Virus record (IMG/VR): IMGVR_UViG_3300009744_000018
Reading direction: 5' to 3' (one strand)
DNA length: 64,000 nucleotides
Origin: a virus
Taxonomy: Duplodnaviria > Heunggongvirae > Uroviricota > Caudoviricetes
This document shows, one piece after another, positions 28,152 to 37,179 of the stretch (its first letter is position 1; each line of letters opens with the position of its first letter). The translations under genes and the position numbers were made by a program. The notes under the pieces were generated by a model. The model ran no database searches. It was not told the origin of the DNA and saw nothing but the letters and a program-made list of their open reading frames with translations.

Positions 28152-28845
28152 CGAGAGCCATCATATTATTATCGCAGATAGTCATATCAAGGTATTCCTG
28201 AATCTCCAGCAAATCCTCGTCTGTCATATCAGAAAGCTTGTCATACACCTTATCAATTGCTGTCTCTTCAACATAAGTGTGGCTTACAATTTCGATATCT
28301 CCACCAACAAACGGTGTAAGGTCCATAGCCGCCAGAATAGACATTGTTATCTTTTCAGTAGGCTCAACTTCATCAAAACTATTTAAAGCGTACATAGCCC
28401 CCAAAGCTACCTCTCCACCGGAACCTATAGCGGTAAAGTCTTCACTTCCGATACCAACCTGAAAGTCATAGTCGATTCTATAGAGCTCATTTTTATATGC
28501 TACTAAAAATAAACCGCCAAACTCTTTGTTGTCCTGGTCGACACCCATAATACCGTTTTTATCAAAAAGTCTCCTAACTTCATCGATAAATGTCGTGGCC
28601 ATATAGCCGTGGTCTGTCTGAGAGTCTTTCTGTGCCGGAACATCTAACTTATACTGTAATACCTGTCCCATTCTATAAGAGCCCGCAAAACCTATTGTGA
28701 AATCACCTGAAGCAAATACCTTGCCGTCTTTCCTGTTTTCTTTTGTGTAATTTGTAGAGCCAACAGTGTCAGCGCCAATATATATTTTGTTTTCTTTTTC
28801 TGCTTTAAATCCAACTACACATGTCATTAAATAAACCACTTCCAA
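28132..28845 (-). CDS. HslV / proteasome-beta-like Ntn-hydrolase protein
   Basis: MTCVVGF..IYIGADT gives an N-terminal Thr after Met, as in HslV TTIVSV..IAGDGQ. It also has GFAGS and IGSGGEVALGAMYAL, matching HslV GFAGG and IGSGG..A..A..AL. The probable start is the internal Met at about 28827. Confidence 0.5.
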   Translation of the reverse strand: MEVVYLMTCVVGFKAEKENKIYIGADTVGSTNYTKENRKDGKVFASGDFTIGFAGSYRMGQVLQYKLDVPAQKDSQTDHGYMATTFIDEVRRLFDKNGIMGVDQDNKEFGGLFLVAYKNELYRIDYDFQVGIGSEDFTAIGSGGEVALGAMYALNSFDEVEPTEKITMSILAAMDLTPFVGGDIEIVSHTYVEETAIDKVYDKLSDMTDEDLLEIQEYLDMTICDNNMMALGVDECE

Positions 28846-29013
28846 TCCTTTTTAAAATTAAATTTGCTTTTTTATTTTCTGTGATGTAAAATTAAAAAAT
28901 TTACTGCCTATACTTTTGTTGTTTAAGTAAACCTATATAAGAAGGTGCCTTCTTTTATTGTATTATTGACAATCAAAATCGTACGAGATACAATTAATAC
29001 AGAGGTGAGGTAT

Positions 29014-29241
29014 ATGTCAAAAAAGAAAAAAATAGAAAGAATAGAATTCAGTGGCACTATTGACCCCGACCTGTATTATGAAATTAAGATGCTTTCTTTA
29101 AGGCTTAGAAAGATTGGTATTAAGCGTAATATAAATGAATTAACCGAAGAAGGATACCGTTATATCCTTAAAAAATATTACTCAAAATACCAAAAACTAG
29201 GCCAGTCACACTCTAAGTATGTCGAAGAAGATTTAGATTAA
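29014..29241 (+). CDS. Small basic protein (75 aa), lone + strand gene in a - strand block
   Basis: GAGGTGAGG RBS before the ATG at 29014 (the track's 28945 start is probably too long). It is followed by its own terminator. Confidence 0.45.
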   Translation: MSKKKKIERIEFSGTIDPDLYYEIKMLSLRLRKIGIKRNINELTEEGYRYILKKYYSKYQKLGQSHSKYVEEDLD

Positions 29242-29242
29242 G

Positions 29243-29271
29243 AGGCGGAATTACCCGCCTCTCTTTTTTTA
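29243..29271. terminator. Bidirectional rho-independent terminator between convergent genes
   Basis: GAGGCGGaattacCCGCCTC followed by TCTTTTTTT; the - strand reading is also U-flanked. Confidence 0.55.
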
Positions 29272-29436
29272 CAATGAATTTTTCATCTCCCAAATAAGCC
29301 AAGCTACCAAGAATAAAAACCCCTCAAGTAATAACTTGCCCGACAAAGCAATGTCTGCCAGTAAAAATGATACTGCAATCAGGAAAAATCCAAATCCTCC
29401 AATCATTAGTCCTATAAAATCCTCATCAAACATCAT
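29269..29436 (-). CDS. Small membrane protein (55 aa), translationally coupled to the SPFH gene (TAATG overlap)
   Basis: MMFDEDFIGLMIGGFGFFLIAVSFLLADIALSGKLLLEGFLFLVAWLIW has two TM helices. Its start overlaps the SPFH stop. It is absent from the track because it is under 60 aa. Confidence 0.4.
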   Translation of the reverse strand: MMFDEDFIGLMIGGFGFFLIAVSFLLADIALSGKLLLEGFLFLVAWLIWEMKNSL

Positions 29437-30536
29437 TATTCCATCGCTCCATTAATTTCATTTAAGATACCCATTATACCAGGCATTGAACCTATACCAC
29501 TTCCGTCTTCTGGAGTAACGATAATCTTCATCTTCTCATTGATACTTGTAACTGCTTTAGTCTGCAGGTCAAGCTTTCTATCAGCAAAATATACATCTGT
29601 ATAAGCCTGCTGTTTTTCTAATTCTGCTTTCTTTTCCAGGATAGCTGCCTCATATTTATTTTTGGCTGCCATTTTAATAGCCTCTGCTTTTCTTTCAATA
29701 GAATAAGCTTCTGCATCCGCTTTTCTTTCCTTCTCGTAAGCATCGGCATCAGCAGCTGCCTTCCTTTGAATAAGTTCCTGCTTTGACTCAGCTTCCTGTC
29801 TTGCAACCTCTTTAGCGTTAACCTCCGCCTGTCTTTTAGCATCTAATTCAGCAAGTTCTACCTCATTAATAGCTGATGTTTTACGGTTAATCTCTGCCTG
29901 AATTTCCTGTGGAACTAAGATATTTCCGAATTCAAATCTGATTAGTTTGATACCATATTTATCAGAGAGTGTATCTCTTAAATTCTCAAAGATTTCTGTC
30001 TGCATATCGCTTACCTTAGCTTGAAAATTGTAGACTGAAGTTTTTCTGGTAACTTTTTTAACTTCACCTTTCATAACCCCGTAAAGTTCGTCATCCACGA
30101 TAGTCTCGAAGTCTTTTTTAACGCCCCAGTTTTTGATAATCTTAGCAACATTCTCAGGCTGTACTGACATATAGATATCAACTATTACATTTTTACCTTC
30201 AATTGTTCCTGCTTCAATAGAATCGTCCTGCTTTGAGCCTTCCTGCTCGTTTTTAGTCCAGTTCCTGCTGATGATAGTAGTAGGTGATATATACATTTCT
30301 TGAGTAAAAGGATTTAGCCAAACCAATCCATATCGTGGTTGATTGATTACTGAAGTACCTTCTAATACAGGCACACTATTTTCTCCCGGGTTATCAGGGT
30401 CAATAGTTCTATCATATATATAACCAACAAAACCTGGCTCTATATTATCAGTCACCATGAAGAAACCTACACCTGCTAAAACCACTAAAATACCAAATAC
30501 TATAAGTCCTATAAAACCTTTTTGTTTATTATTCAT
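29436..30536 (-). CDS. SPFH/band-7 (prohibitin/flotillin-like) membrane protein
   Basis: N-terminal TM, an SPFH core, and a C-terminal A/E/K coiled coil (AEINRKTSAINEVELAELDAKRQAE..). Confidence 0.7.
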   Translation of the reverse strand: MNNKQKGFIGLIVFGILVVLAGVGFFMVTDNIEPGFVGYIYDRTIDPDNPGENSVPVLEGTSVINQPRYGLVWLNPFTQEMYISPTTIISRNWTKNEQEGSKQDDSIEAGTIEGKNVIVDIYMSVQPENVAKIIKNWGVKKDFETIVDDELYGVMKGEVKKVTRKTSVYNFQAKVSDMQTEIFENLRDTLSDKYGIKLIRFEFGNILVPQEIQAEINRKTSAINEVELAELDAKRQAEVNAKEVARQEAESKQELIQRKAAADADAYEKERKADAEAYSIERKAEAIKMAAKNKYEAAILEKKAELEKQQAYTDVYFADRKLDLQTKAVTSINEKMKIIVTPEDGSGIGSMPGIMGILNEINGAME

Positions 30537-30557
30537 TAAATAAATCCCCCTATTTTT

Positions 30558-30701
30558 TTATTCATCTTTATTTTCTTCATCTTCCCAGTTAAAATACTTA
30601 TTAATAGCACTTCCTATCTTCGGAAATATAGAAAAGATTGATACTCCTATAACCATAACTATTAATAAAACAAAAAATATAAACATAAAACCCCAACCCA
30701 T
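30558..30701 (-). CDS. Small membrane protein (47 aa) upstream of the SPFH gene
   Basis: AAAGGATGA RBS. MGWGFMFIFFVLLIVMVIGVSIFSIFPKIGSAINKYFNWEDEENKDE has one TM helix. It is absent from the track because it is under 60 aa. Confidence 0.35.
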   Translation of the reverse strand: MGWGFMFIFFVLLIVMVIGVSIFSIFPKIGSAINKYFNWEDEENKDE

Positions 30702-30765
30702 AAAATCATCCTTTCACTTGATTGGTTTATTAAACTTCACTAAACCTCTAATCCTAAAAAAAGAA

Positions 30766-30939
30766 TTAACTGTTTACATAAAAATTCTTGCCTTTAAAAC
30801 TTATACCCGGAGCCTTTTTAAATATTCTTTTTATGCTGCCTCTACATTCAGGACATTCTTCTAATGGCTCCTCACTTATCTTCTGCATTTTAGAAAACTG
30901 GTAACCGCAATCTTCACACCTATAATTATATGTAGGCAA
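30766..30939 (-). CDS. FmdB-family zinc-ribbon protein (57 aa)
   Basis: TTG start after a GAGGAGG RBS. (M)PTYNYRCEDCGYQFSKMQKISEEPLEECPECRGSIKRIF matches the FmdB signature MPxYxYxCxxCGxxFE...CPxCG. It is not in the ORF track. Confidence 0.5.
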   Translation of the reverse strand: MPTYNYRCEDCGYQFSKMQKISEEPLEECPECRGSIKRIFKKAPGISFKGKNFYVNS

Positions 30940-30967
30940 TTCATCTACCTCCTCGTACCCAATAAGT

Positions 30968-31582
30968 TCAACTTCTTTTTTTGTAACTATCTTCTGATAT
31001 ATGTTTTTTCATGTTTTCTGCCAACTCTTTGTTTACTTCTAATAAATCTACTATATATTGTTTCCTTTTGAAAGGAGCTGAGTTAAAAATAAATATCTGT
31101 TTTAAATTATAGTCTTTAATAAAATGTTCTCTTATTTTTGCTACCTTTTTATCAGAGACTTCCATATCCTCAAAAATTAAAGTATCGATTTTTTCTGTAT
31201 AACCATGAACTCCTTCATATATATTTCTAATCGCAGAATCTGATGTTCCAGATAAAAAGAATATTTTTCTTCTTTCAATTTCATCATTTTTATTTAAAAT
31301 CCAGTACTGAATTATTCTCCTATCCTTAGTAGTATAACTTATATGATTTTTAAGAGATGATATTTTTTTAATCGCTGATTTAAAACATTCATCTTTTTGC
31401 CTACTGTATTTAAAGTATCTTACAACAACTTCATCTCTTAAAGATAAATTATTTGCAAGCTCTGTTTTGCCTGTTATTCTTGCTCCTTTAACTTCTATAA
31501 CTGATGACTTATCATTAAAAACTTCAAAAACTTCCTCCTGCCATTCATATAATTTTATGGTAAATCCCCCTCTCTTTTTAAC
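30968..31582 (-). pseudogene. P-loop NTPase gene with an apparent frameshift at an A5/T5 homopolymer (31526-31530)
   Basis: A 205-codon open frame with Walker A GARITGKT has no in-frame start. An ATG at 31548 with an AGAGGGGGA RBS is in the other frame and stops after 17 codons. One extra T in the T5 run would fuse MNGRRKFF to EVFNDKSSVIEVKGARITGKTEL. Confidence 0.45.
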
Positions 31583-31660
31583 CTATAATAAGTATACCAT
31601 ACCCTTATCCATTTTTCAAGGTTTAGTATTATAAACTAAATTAAAATACAATTATTTGCA

Positions 31661-31903
31661 TCATAATCTTTCGTTTCTTATCGCAAAACCCTGAGCCATA
31701 CCCTGAGCAAACTCAGACTTATTCATGGTGGCCCAGGTGTATGCCCTCCTAAAACCTATAAAGGCAAGTTTATTTATAAGATAGTCCAAATCATTGAATA
31801 AAGTATTAGCAAAATCCTCAAAGCCTAAATCTTTAACATAGATTTGTCTGGCCTGTATGAGCTCATTATAAATATCCTTGTCAACAGGAATCATTAATCT
31901 CAC
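31661..31903 (-). CDS. Hypothetical protein
   Basis: 80-aa ORF overlapping its upstream gene by 4 nt. Confidence 0.35.
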   Translation of the reverse strand: MRLMIPVDKDIYNELIQARQIYVKDLGFEDFANTLFNDLDYLINKLAFIGFRRAYTWATMNKSEFAQGMAQGFAIRNERL

Positions 31904-32868
31904 TCCTTATATTTGTCGAAATCTATAAAGAAATCCTTCCATTTATAATTATCCTCTACTTTATTCTTCTCTGTTTTATTAGAATCTCCTGCAGCTGTTT
32001 TAAGATTGTCTTTTCTAAAAATCTTTTTGAGGTCATCTTTTTTATAAATACCTTTGTCCATCAGAATATCAAGTCTCCTGAAAAAGAATGTCTGGTTGTG
32101 GCCACCAATTGCACAATACTCTATCGTTTTAAGCAATAGCTCAAAATCGCCACCTTTATCAATAAACTCTGAGAGCTTTTGCTTTTGAAAATCGTTTGGT
32201 TTTTTGCCGAATGCTTTTTGGAAGTTATCCACAAGCAGTTCTGAATTTTTATCTCCCGGCTTTTTGTTATTATTATTAGAATTTGTAGTAGTCTCTGTAG
32301 TACTCTCTGGTAATGTTTCGTTTTTATTTATGTTTGAACCAAAATTATTCGTGTTTGAAACAAAATCATTTTCTTTGCATTCGTTTTTATTTTCTTTGGC
32401 GTTATCTCGGGGATAAGGAACCTTTTGAATTATTGAAGGATATTTATCTAAGTTATAACCAAGCTTAAGTAAGTCTTTTTGTATCTGTATAATATCTACT
32501 CTGTACTGATATGTTCTATCCTGCTTGTACTTTGGATTTCTCCTTCTTTGTAGCCATTTTTTTTCTACTAACTTAGTCATTCTTTTTCTTATAGTAGGTT
32601 CAGTCATATCTACCATTAATTCTTCATTCATTTCTTCAGCACTTTTATATATCCACCCATTCTTAAACTGAACTTCTTCATCAGTTTTTATTCCTTCATT
32701 TTCTAACCTTGAATATTCTTCACTTAACATTTTGTCATAATCATTAACTCTTTCTGACCAGTATATAAACTGATTTAAAACTAATGCTGCTAAGTACTCT
32801 CCTGTAAGCTCAACTAGTTCTTCTTTTATAACAACCCTCTTTAGTGGTCGCTGTTTTTTATCACTCAT
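31900..32868 (-). CDS. DnaD-domain replication initiation / replisome organiser protein
   Basis: The C-terminus FQKAFGKKPNDFQKQKLSEFIDKGGDFELLLKTIEYCAIGGHNQTFFFRRLDILMDKGIYKKDDL resembles the DnaD/DnaB C-terminal (DDBH2) motif. It also has a low-complexity N/T-rich linker. Confidence 0.5.
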   Translation of the reverse strand: MSDKKQRPLKRVVIKEELVELTGEYLAALVLNQFIYWSERVNDYDKMLSEEYSRLENEGIKTDEEVQFKNGWIYKSAEEMNEELMVDMTEPTIRKRMTKLVEKKWLQRRRNPKYKQDRTYQYRVDIIQIQKDLLKLGYNLDKYPSIIQKVPYPRDNAKENKNECKENDFVSNTNNFGSNINKNETLPESTTETTTNSNNNNKKPGDKNSELLVDNFQKAFGKKPNDFQKQKLSEFIDKGGDFELLLKTIEYCAIGGHNQTFFFRRLDILMDKGIYKKDDLKKIFRKDNLKTAAGDSNKTEKNKVEDNYKWKDFFIDFDKYKE

Positions 32869-32938
32869 ACAGCAACACCTTCTCCACCAATAATATTAGA
32901 CACATTTTCAGCATTAATAGATTTTATAATTTCTTTCA

Positions 32939-33184
32939 TTATAAAACACCGCCACATAAAACATAATCCAATAATCTTTCGTATTGTTTTTCTGAAATAC
33001 TATGCTTTATTCTGATGTTAGTCTCTATGTACCCTTTTGGTTTTTGTTTTTCCTTATTCTTATAAATCTCCATTGCTTTTTTTAAACTTTCTCTTTTCTT
33101 TTTATTCATTTCGTCTACATCTCCTTTTGTTTTCGGAGCATAATAAAACCCACTGCTGCTAGAGTCTTGGCAAGTATCCAGCAA
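32939..33184 (-). CDS. Hypothetical protein
   Basis: 81-aa ORF. Confidence 0.35.
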   Translation of the reverse strand: MLDTCQDSSSSGFYYAPKTKGDVDEMNKKKRESLKKAMEIYKNKEKQKPKGYIETNIRIKHSISEKQYERLLDYVLCGGVL

Positions 33185-33322
33185 ACAGTGGGCGAGAATA
33201 GGAAAAACTTTTAAATAACCCTTGACTAATATTATCTATATGTGTTATTATTAATCCAAGAATTAAACAATTAAATGGTTATTTTTGTTTTTTCTGTTTG
33301 TTTTAGTTTATTTTTGTTTGCT

Positions 33323-33357
33323 GGAGTGACTTGGTGGGTCGCTCCTATTTTTTTTGT
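33323..33357 (+). terminator. Orphan + strand intrinsic terminator in a - strand region (possible end of a U-rich sRNA of about 90 nt)
   Basis: GGAGTGACttggtggGTCGCTCC followed by TATTTTTTTTG. A candidate extended -10 promoter lies upstream on the + strand: TTGACT at 33222, an 18-nt spacer ending in TGT, then TATTAT at 33246. Confidence 0.3.
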
Positions 33358-33445
33358 TTTAATTTTAGTTTGATAAGTATCACTCTACATACTACATATT
33401 TTATAATTTAACTATAACACATTCAATATTAATGTGCAAATAATT

Positions 33446-33670
33446 TTACTTTTTATCTCTTATAGCTTCAGCGGCTGCAGACACAGCATCGTTGAAGTTT
33501 TTTATATATGTTCTTACTGTTTTTCCGCTCATATCAACCCTGTATTTTCTAGTCTTTTCATCTTCTGGAATTATAGAATATTCATTTATTATTGATATGG
33601 TAGCAGCAATCATTGATTCATCATCATATACAGTCCAGTCTCCATTATCTTCTTTTAAAGTTTTAATCAT
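33446..33670 (-). CDS. Hypothetical protein
   Basis: 74-aa ORF. Confidence 0.35.
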   Translation of the reverse strand: MIKTLKEDNGDWTVYDDESMIAATISIINEYSIIPEDEKTRKYRVDMSGKTVRTYIKNFNDAVSAAAEAIRDKK

Positions 33671-33969
33671 TTTTTACCTCCTTTTCTCAAATCATAAAAT
33701 AATATATACTCAGGATAACCAAGTAATTTAGATAGGCTTTCTTTATTTTCTTCATTGGGATTCCTGCCTTCAAAAACCCATGCCTGAACAGTTCTGGGAC
33801 TAACATTTATTATTTTAGCTAAGTCAGAAATCTTCAAGTTAAGCGAAAACATAATTCCATATAATATTTTATTCTCTACATTCCACTCTCTCAACCTTCT
33901 AAAAGATTTTTTCTTTCCACCTTTTATTTTATTAGATATCTTTTTTCTTTCTTCTTCAAAAGAAGCCAA
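33667..33969 (-). CDS. HTH (XRE/Cro-like) DNA-binding protein
   Basis: Helix-turn-helix LAKIINVSPRTVQAWVFEGRNPN. Confidence 0.5.
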   Translation of the reverse strand: MASFEEERKKISNKIKGGKKKSFRRLREWNVENKILYGIMFSLNLKISDLAKIINVSPRTVQAWVFEGRNPNEENKESLSKLLGYPEYILFYDLRKGGKK

Positions 33970-34032
33970 ATTAAATCCCTCCTTTTACATATTATAACAT
34001 AAAAAAAGAGAAGGCGAAATGCCTTCTCAACC

Positions 34033-34455
34033 TTATATAGTATTTACACTTCCATTTGCTGTAATATCACCATTAACATCTTCACAATTTACACTGCCTT
34101 TAGAGTATACACTTCCAAAAACGTCGTCACAGTTAATACTTCCGTGAGAACTTATATCTCCATCGACATTGTTGCAGTTTACAGCAAGGTCAGTAGTTAA
34201 ATTGCCGTTTATATCTCCGTTTATTTTTAGACATTTTATATCATCATCAATATCGTCTACTTTGCTTCCATCAACACGAACCTCACCATTTGAAATGCTA
34301 ATATTGTTACCTTCATACATTCTTCCATTTATAACAACTTTACTTTTTAAATTGTTATCGCCAACAGAGTTTATATCTCTGCCGGCGACTTTATTATTAT
34401 TTCCAGAAACTAAAGAAGAATTTTTCTTAAAAAAATTCAATAATTTTTTAAGCAT
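34033..34455 (-). CDS. Bactofilin-like (beta-helical polymer-forming) protein
   Basis: Repeated G(D/N)I(N/S/T)xNGS(V/I)N motifs (GDINGNLTTDLAVNCNNVDGDISSHGSINCDDVFGSVYSKGSVNCEDVNGDITANGSVN). Confidence 0.4.
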   Translation of the reverse strand: MLKKLLNFFKKNSSLVSGNNNKVAGRDINSVGDNNLKSKVVINGRMYEGNNISISNGEVRVDGSKVDDIDDDIKCLKINGDINGNLTTDLAVNCNNVDGDISSHGSINCDDVFGSVYSKGSVNCEDVNGDITANGSVNTI

Positions 34456-34481
34456 TTTTACCTCCTTATAAACTATAATTA

Positions 34482-36089
34482 TTACTTAAAAGGATTTATC
34501 TTTTCAACTATTATTTGCAGTGACTTTCTGCCTCTATACTCATTCCAGCCAACTGTATATGTTAGGTTAACTTTACCCTCTCTCAAGGTTCTTTCCATAT
34601 CAGCCTGCCTAAAAGCTATAGCTTCAACCCCACCAGCTTTAAATTTAACATGTTCATTTCCTGGAAGAACCCAAACTGAAGTTATATCAACATTTTTTGA
34701 GTAGAATACAGGCTTCCTATTTCCCTCTCCACATGGTTCTAAAATTTCAAGGTCGTACAGTAGCTCTTCTGAAATTTCACCTATGTCTACCTCTTTATCA
34801 TAGGTTACTGGCATTAACTCTACACTTTCAGCAAGCTCATTTAGTCTTAAGCTAAAATCATCAAATTTGTTCATTGATACATTTAGGCCAGCTGCCATCG
34901 AGTGTCCACCTGCAGAATTTAAGAGTTCTTCTTCTAAGCAGACTTTTAAATTTTCGTAAAGATTAAACGGCTCTATGCTTCTGCCTGAACCCTTACCACT
35001 CTTTCTATCAACAACTATTGATGGCTTCTCAAAAGAAGATGATATTCTTCCTGAAATAAGTCCAACTATGCCCTGTGGTATATTGCCATTACAAACTATT
35101 ACTTTATCACTATCATCGATATCATTTTTCATTTCATCCAATATCTTTTTAGTGATGTCTTTTCTTTGAACGTTTTTTCTATAAAGCTCATCAGCTAATT
35201 CAGAACGTTGATATTCATTGTCAGTATATAAAATATCGTATGCTGGTCGAGCGGTTTTAAGTCTTCCAGTAGCGTTGATTAGTGGGCCTATCTTAAAGCC
35301 TATGTCAGTTGCTGAAAGTTTTGTTTCATCAACCTCGTTAACTTCAAGTATATTTTTTAGGCCGGAATTCATTATTCCCTTTCTCATACGCTTTAAGCCT
35401 TCTCTGACGATAATTCTGTTTTCATCAACTAAAGGTACAACATCAGCTACTGTAGCAACTGCTACGATGTCGATTACATCTAAGAATAAGTCATCTAGAA
35501 GATACTGAGAAAACTTCCAGGCTGCTCCAGCTCCACAAAGTTCAGTAAAGGGATAATCTCCCGAGTTTGCTTTTAAATCTATAAAAGGAGCATCAACACC
35601 ATCATCACTTTCGTGGTGGTCGATAACAACTACTTCCATTCCCAAAGAGCGTGCATAATCTATTTCAGCCTGATTAGATATACCGCAATCTAAAGTAATT
35701 ATTAACTTAGCTCCTTGATGGTTCATTATATCTATTGACCTTTTTGATAAGCCATAACCATCTTTAAATCTATTAGCAAAAAAGACATCCACCTTAGCAT
35801 TGTTTGACAGCTTTTTTAGTGCAGTTCTCAGTATATAAGCAGATGAAACTCCATCAGCATCATAATCTGAATAAATTGCAATCTTTGAAAAGAAGGCATA
35901 CTCTTTTACCTTGTCTGCAAATTCCTTAATATTTGGTATCTTTTCTGGTTCGTGCAGGTCTTTTAAAGAGCCGTTGAGAAAGAGGTCTAAATCTTTCTCA
36001 TTATCAAGACCTCTATCCACCATGAGCTCTGCTACTATTTTATTTATATTTAGTTTTTCTTGTATATCTTCTACTTTTAGTTTTTTCAA
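34482..36089 (-). CDS. recJ: Single-stranded-DNA-specific exonuclease RecJ
   Basis: DHH motifs (SDYDADGVSSAY, VVIDHHE) and a DHHA1 domain (GGGHSMAAG); 535 aa. Confidence 0.8.
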   Translation of the reverse strand: MKKLKVEDIQEKLNINKIVAELMVDRGLDNEKDLDLFLNGSLKDLHEPEKIPNIKEFADKVKEYAFFSKIAIYSDYDADGVSSAYILRTALKKLSNNAKVDVFFANRFKDGYGLSKRSIDIMNHQGAKLIITLDCGISNQAEIDYARSLGMEVVVIDHHESDDGVDAPFIDLKANSGDYPFTELCGAGAAWKFSQYLLDDLFLDVIDIVAVATVADVVPLVDENRIIVREGLKRMRKGIMNSGLKNILEVNEVDETKLSATDIGFKIGPLINATGRLKTARPAYDILYTDNEYQRSELADELYRKNVQRKDITKKILDEMKNDIDDSDKVIVCNGNIPQGIVGLISGRISSSFEKPSIVVDRKSGKGSGRSIEPFNLYENLKVCLEEELLNSAGGHSMAAGLNVSMNKFDDFSLRLNELAESVELMPVTYDKEVDIGEISEELLYDLEILEPCGEGNRKPVFYSKNVDITSVWVLPGNEHVKFKAGGVEAIAFRQADMERTLREGKVNLTYTVGWNEYRGRKSLQIIVEKINPFK

Positions 36090-36104
36090 TTTACCACCCT
36101 CTTT

Positions 36105-37179
36105 CTAATTAGCTTTCTTAAAGAAATCTCCTTCAATCAATTTAACTTTATCAACCAGCATTGCATTACTTTTATCTTTTTTACCTTCAAGTTTTAATTT
36201 AAAACCTTTTTGAAATAAGTCATGATTGGAGCGATATGTGTCCGGAAAAACTACAAGTTTAATCTTATTTTTATCTGTTTTAACTTTTGCAAAAGCCATT
36301 AATTTATTTGACTTTCTGGTTTTAACCTCTTTAGATTCTGTAATTATGCCTTCCACCTCTAAGACCTCTCCGCTTTTAGCAAAATCCCATTCAGAAGGAT
36401 AGGTTAAAGATAAACCGATTGTGTCCATTTCGAATTCAATAATTTCTTCTTTTGTGGGTTCTGGTTCGTCAAAAACTCCAGAACCTTCCTCATTTTTGAA
36501 GGCATCAAATAGTGACTGCCTCATCTGTCCAAACTCTTTAATAGTCTTGTAATCTACAAGTAATTGTTTTCTGTTTTTGCCGAATGAATCCATTGCCCCA
36601 GCTTTAATTAAAGATTCAAAAGCTGTCTTATTAACAACTCTTGTATCAACCTTCTGGTACATATCATCTAGGTCTTTAAACGGTCTTTGATTCATTATTT
36701 CGGTGCTTGCTTTTTTACCTAAACCATCAATCGCATTTAAACCCAGTCTTATCTTCCCGTTAACAGCTGTAAAGCGCCCTTCTGACTCGTTAATGTCAGG
36801 AGGTAGTATATCTATCTTCTTTTTATAGCAGTCCGAGAAATAGTCCGTAATCGAGCTGTCAGAGCCACTCTTTGCTGCTTCAACACTCATGATAGCTGCA
36901 TAGAACTCTGCCGGAAAATGGTATTTAAGGTAAGCAGTGGCATAAGATATTAATGCATAGCAAGCAGAATGTGATTTATTAAAGCCATAGCCGGCAAAAT
37001 ATTCGATTAATCTAAACATTTCATCAGCAAATTCTTCTGTGTGGCCATTTTCTTTAGCTCCTGCTTTAAACTTAACTTTCATTTTTTCTAATACTTTTAT
37101 TTTCTTTTTTCCCATTCCACGCCTTAATATATCTGCCTCTCCCAGGCTGAAGTTAGCAATTATCTGTGCAGTTTTCATT
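36105..37179 (-). CDS. dnaE: DNA polymerase III alpha subunit (DnaE), exon 3 (C-terminal 357 aa)
   Basis: (V)MKTAQIIANFSLGEADILRRGMGKKK matches DnaE ..[31 protein letters not shown]. It continues exon 2, which ends ..YQEQV. Confidence 0.7.
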
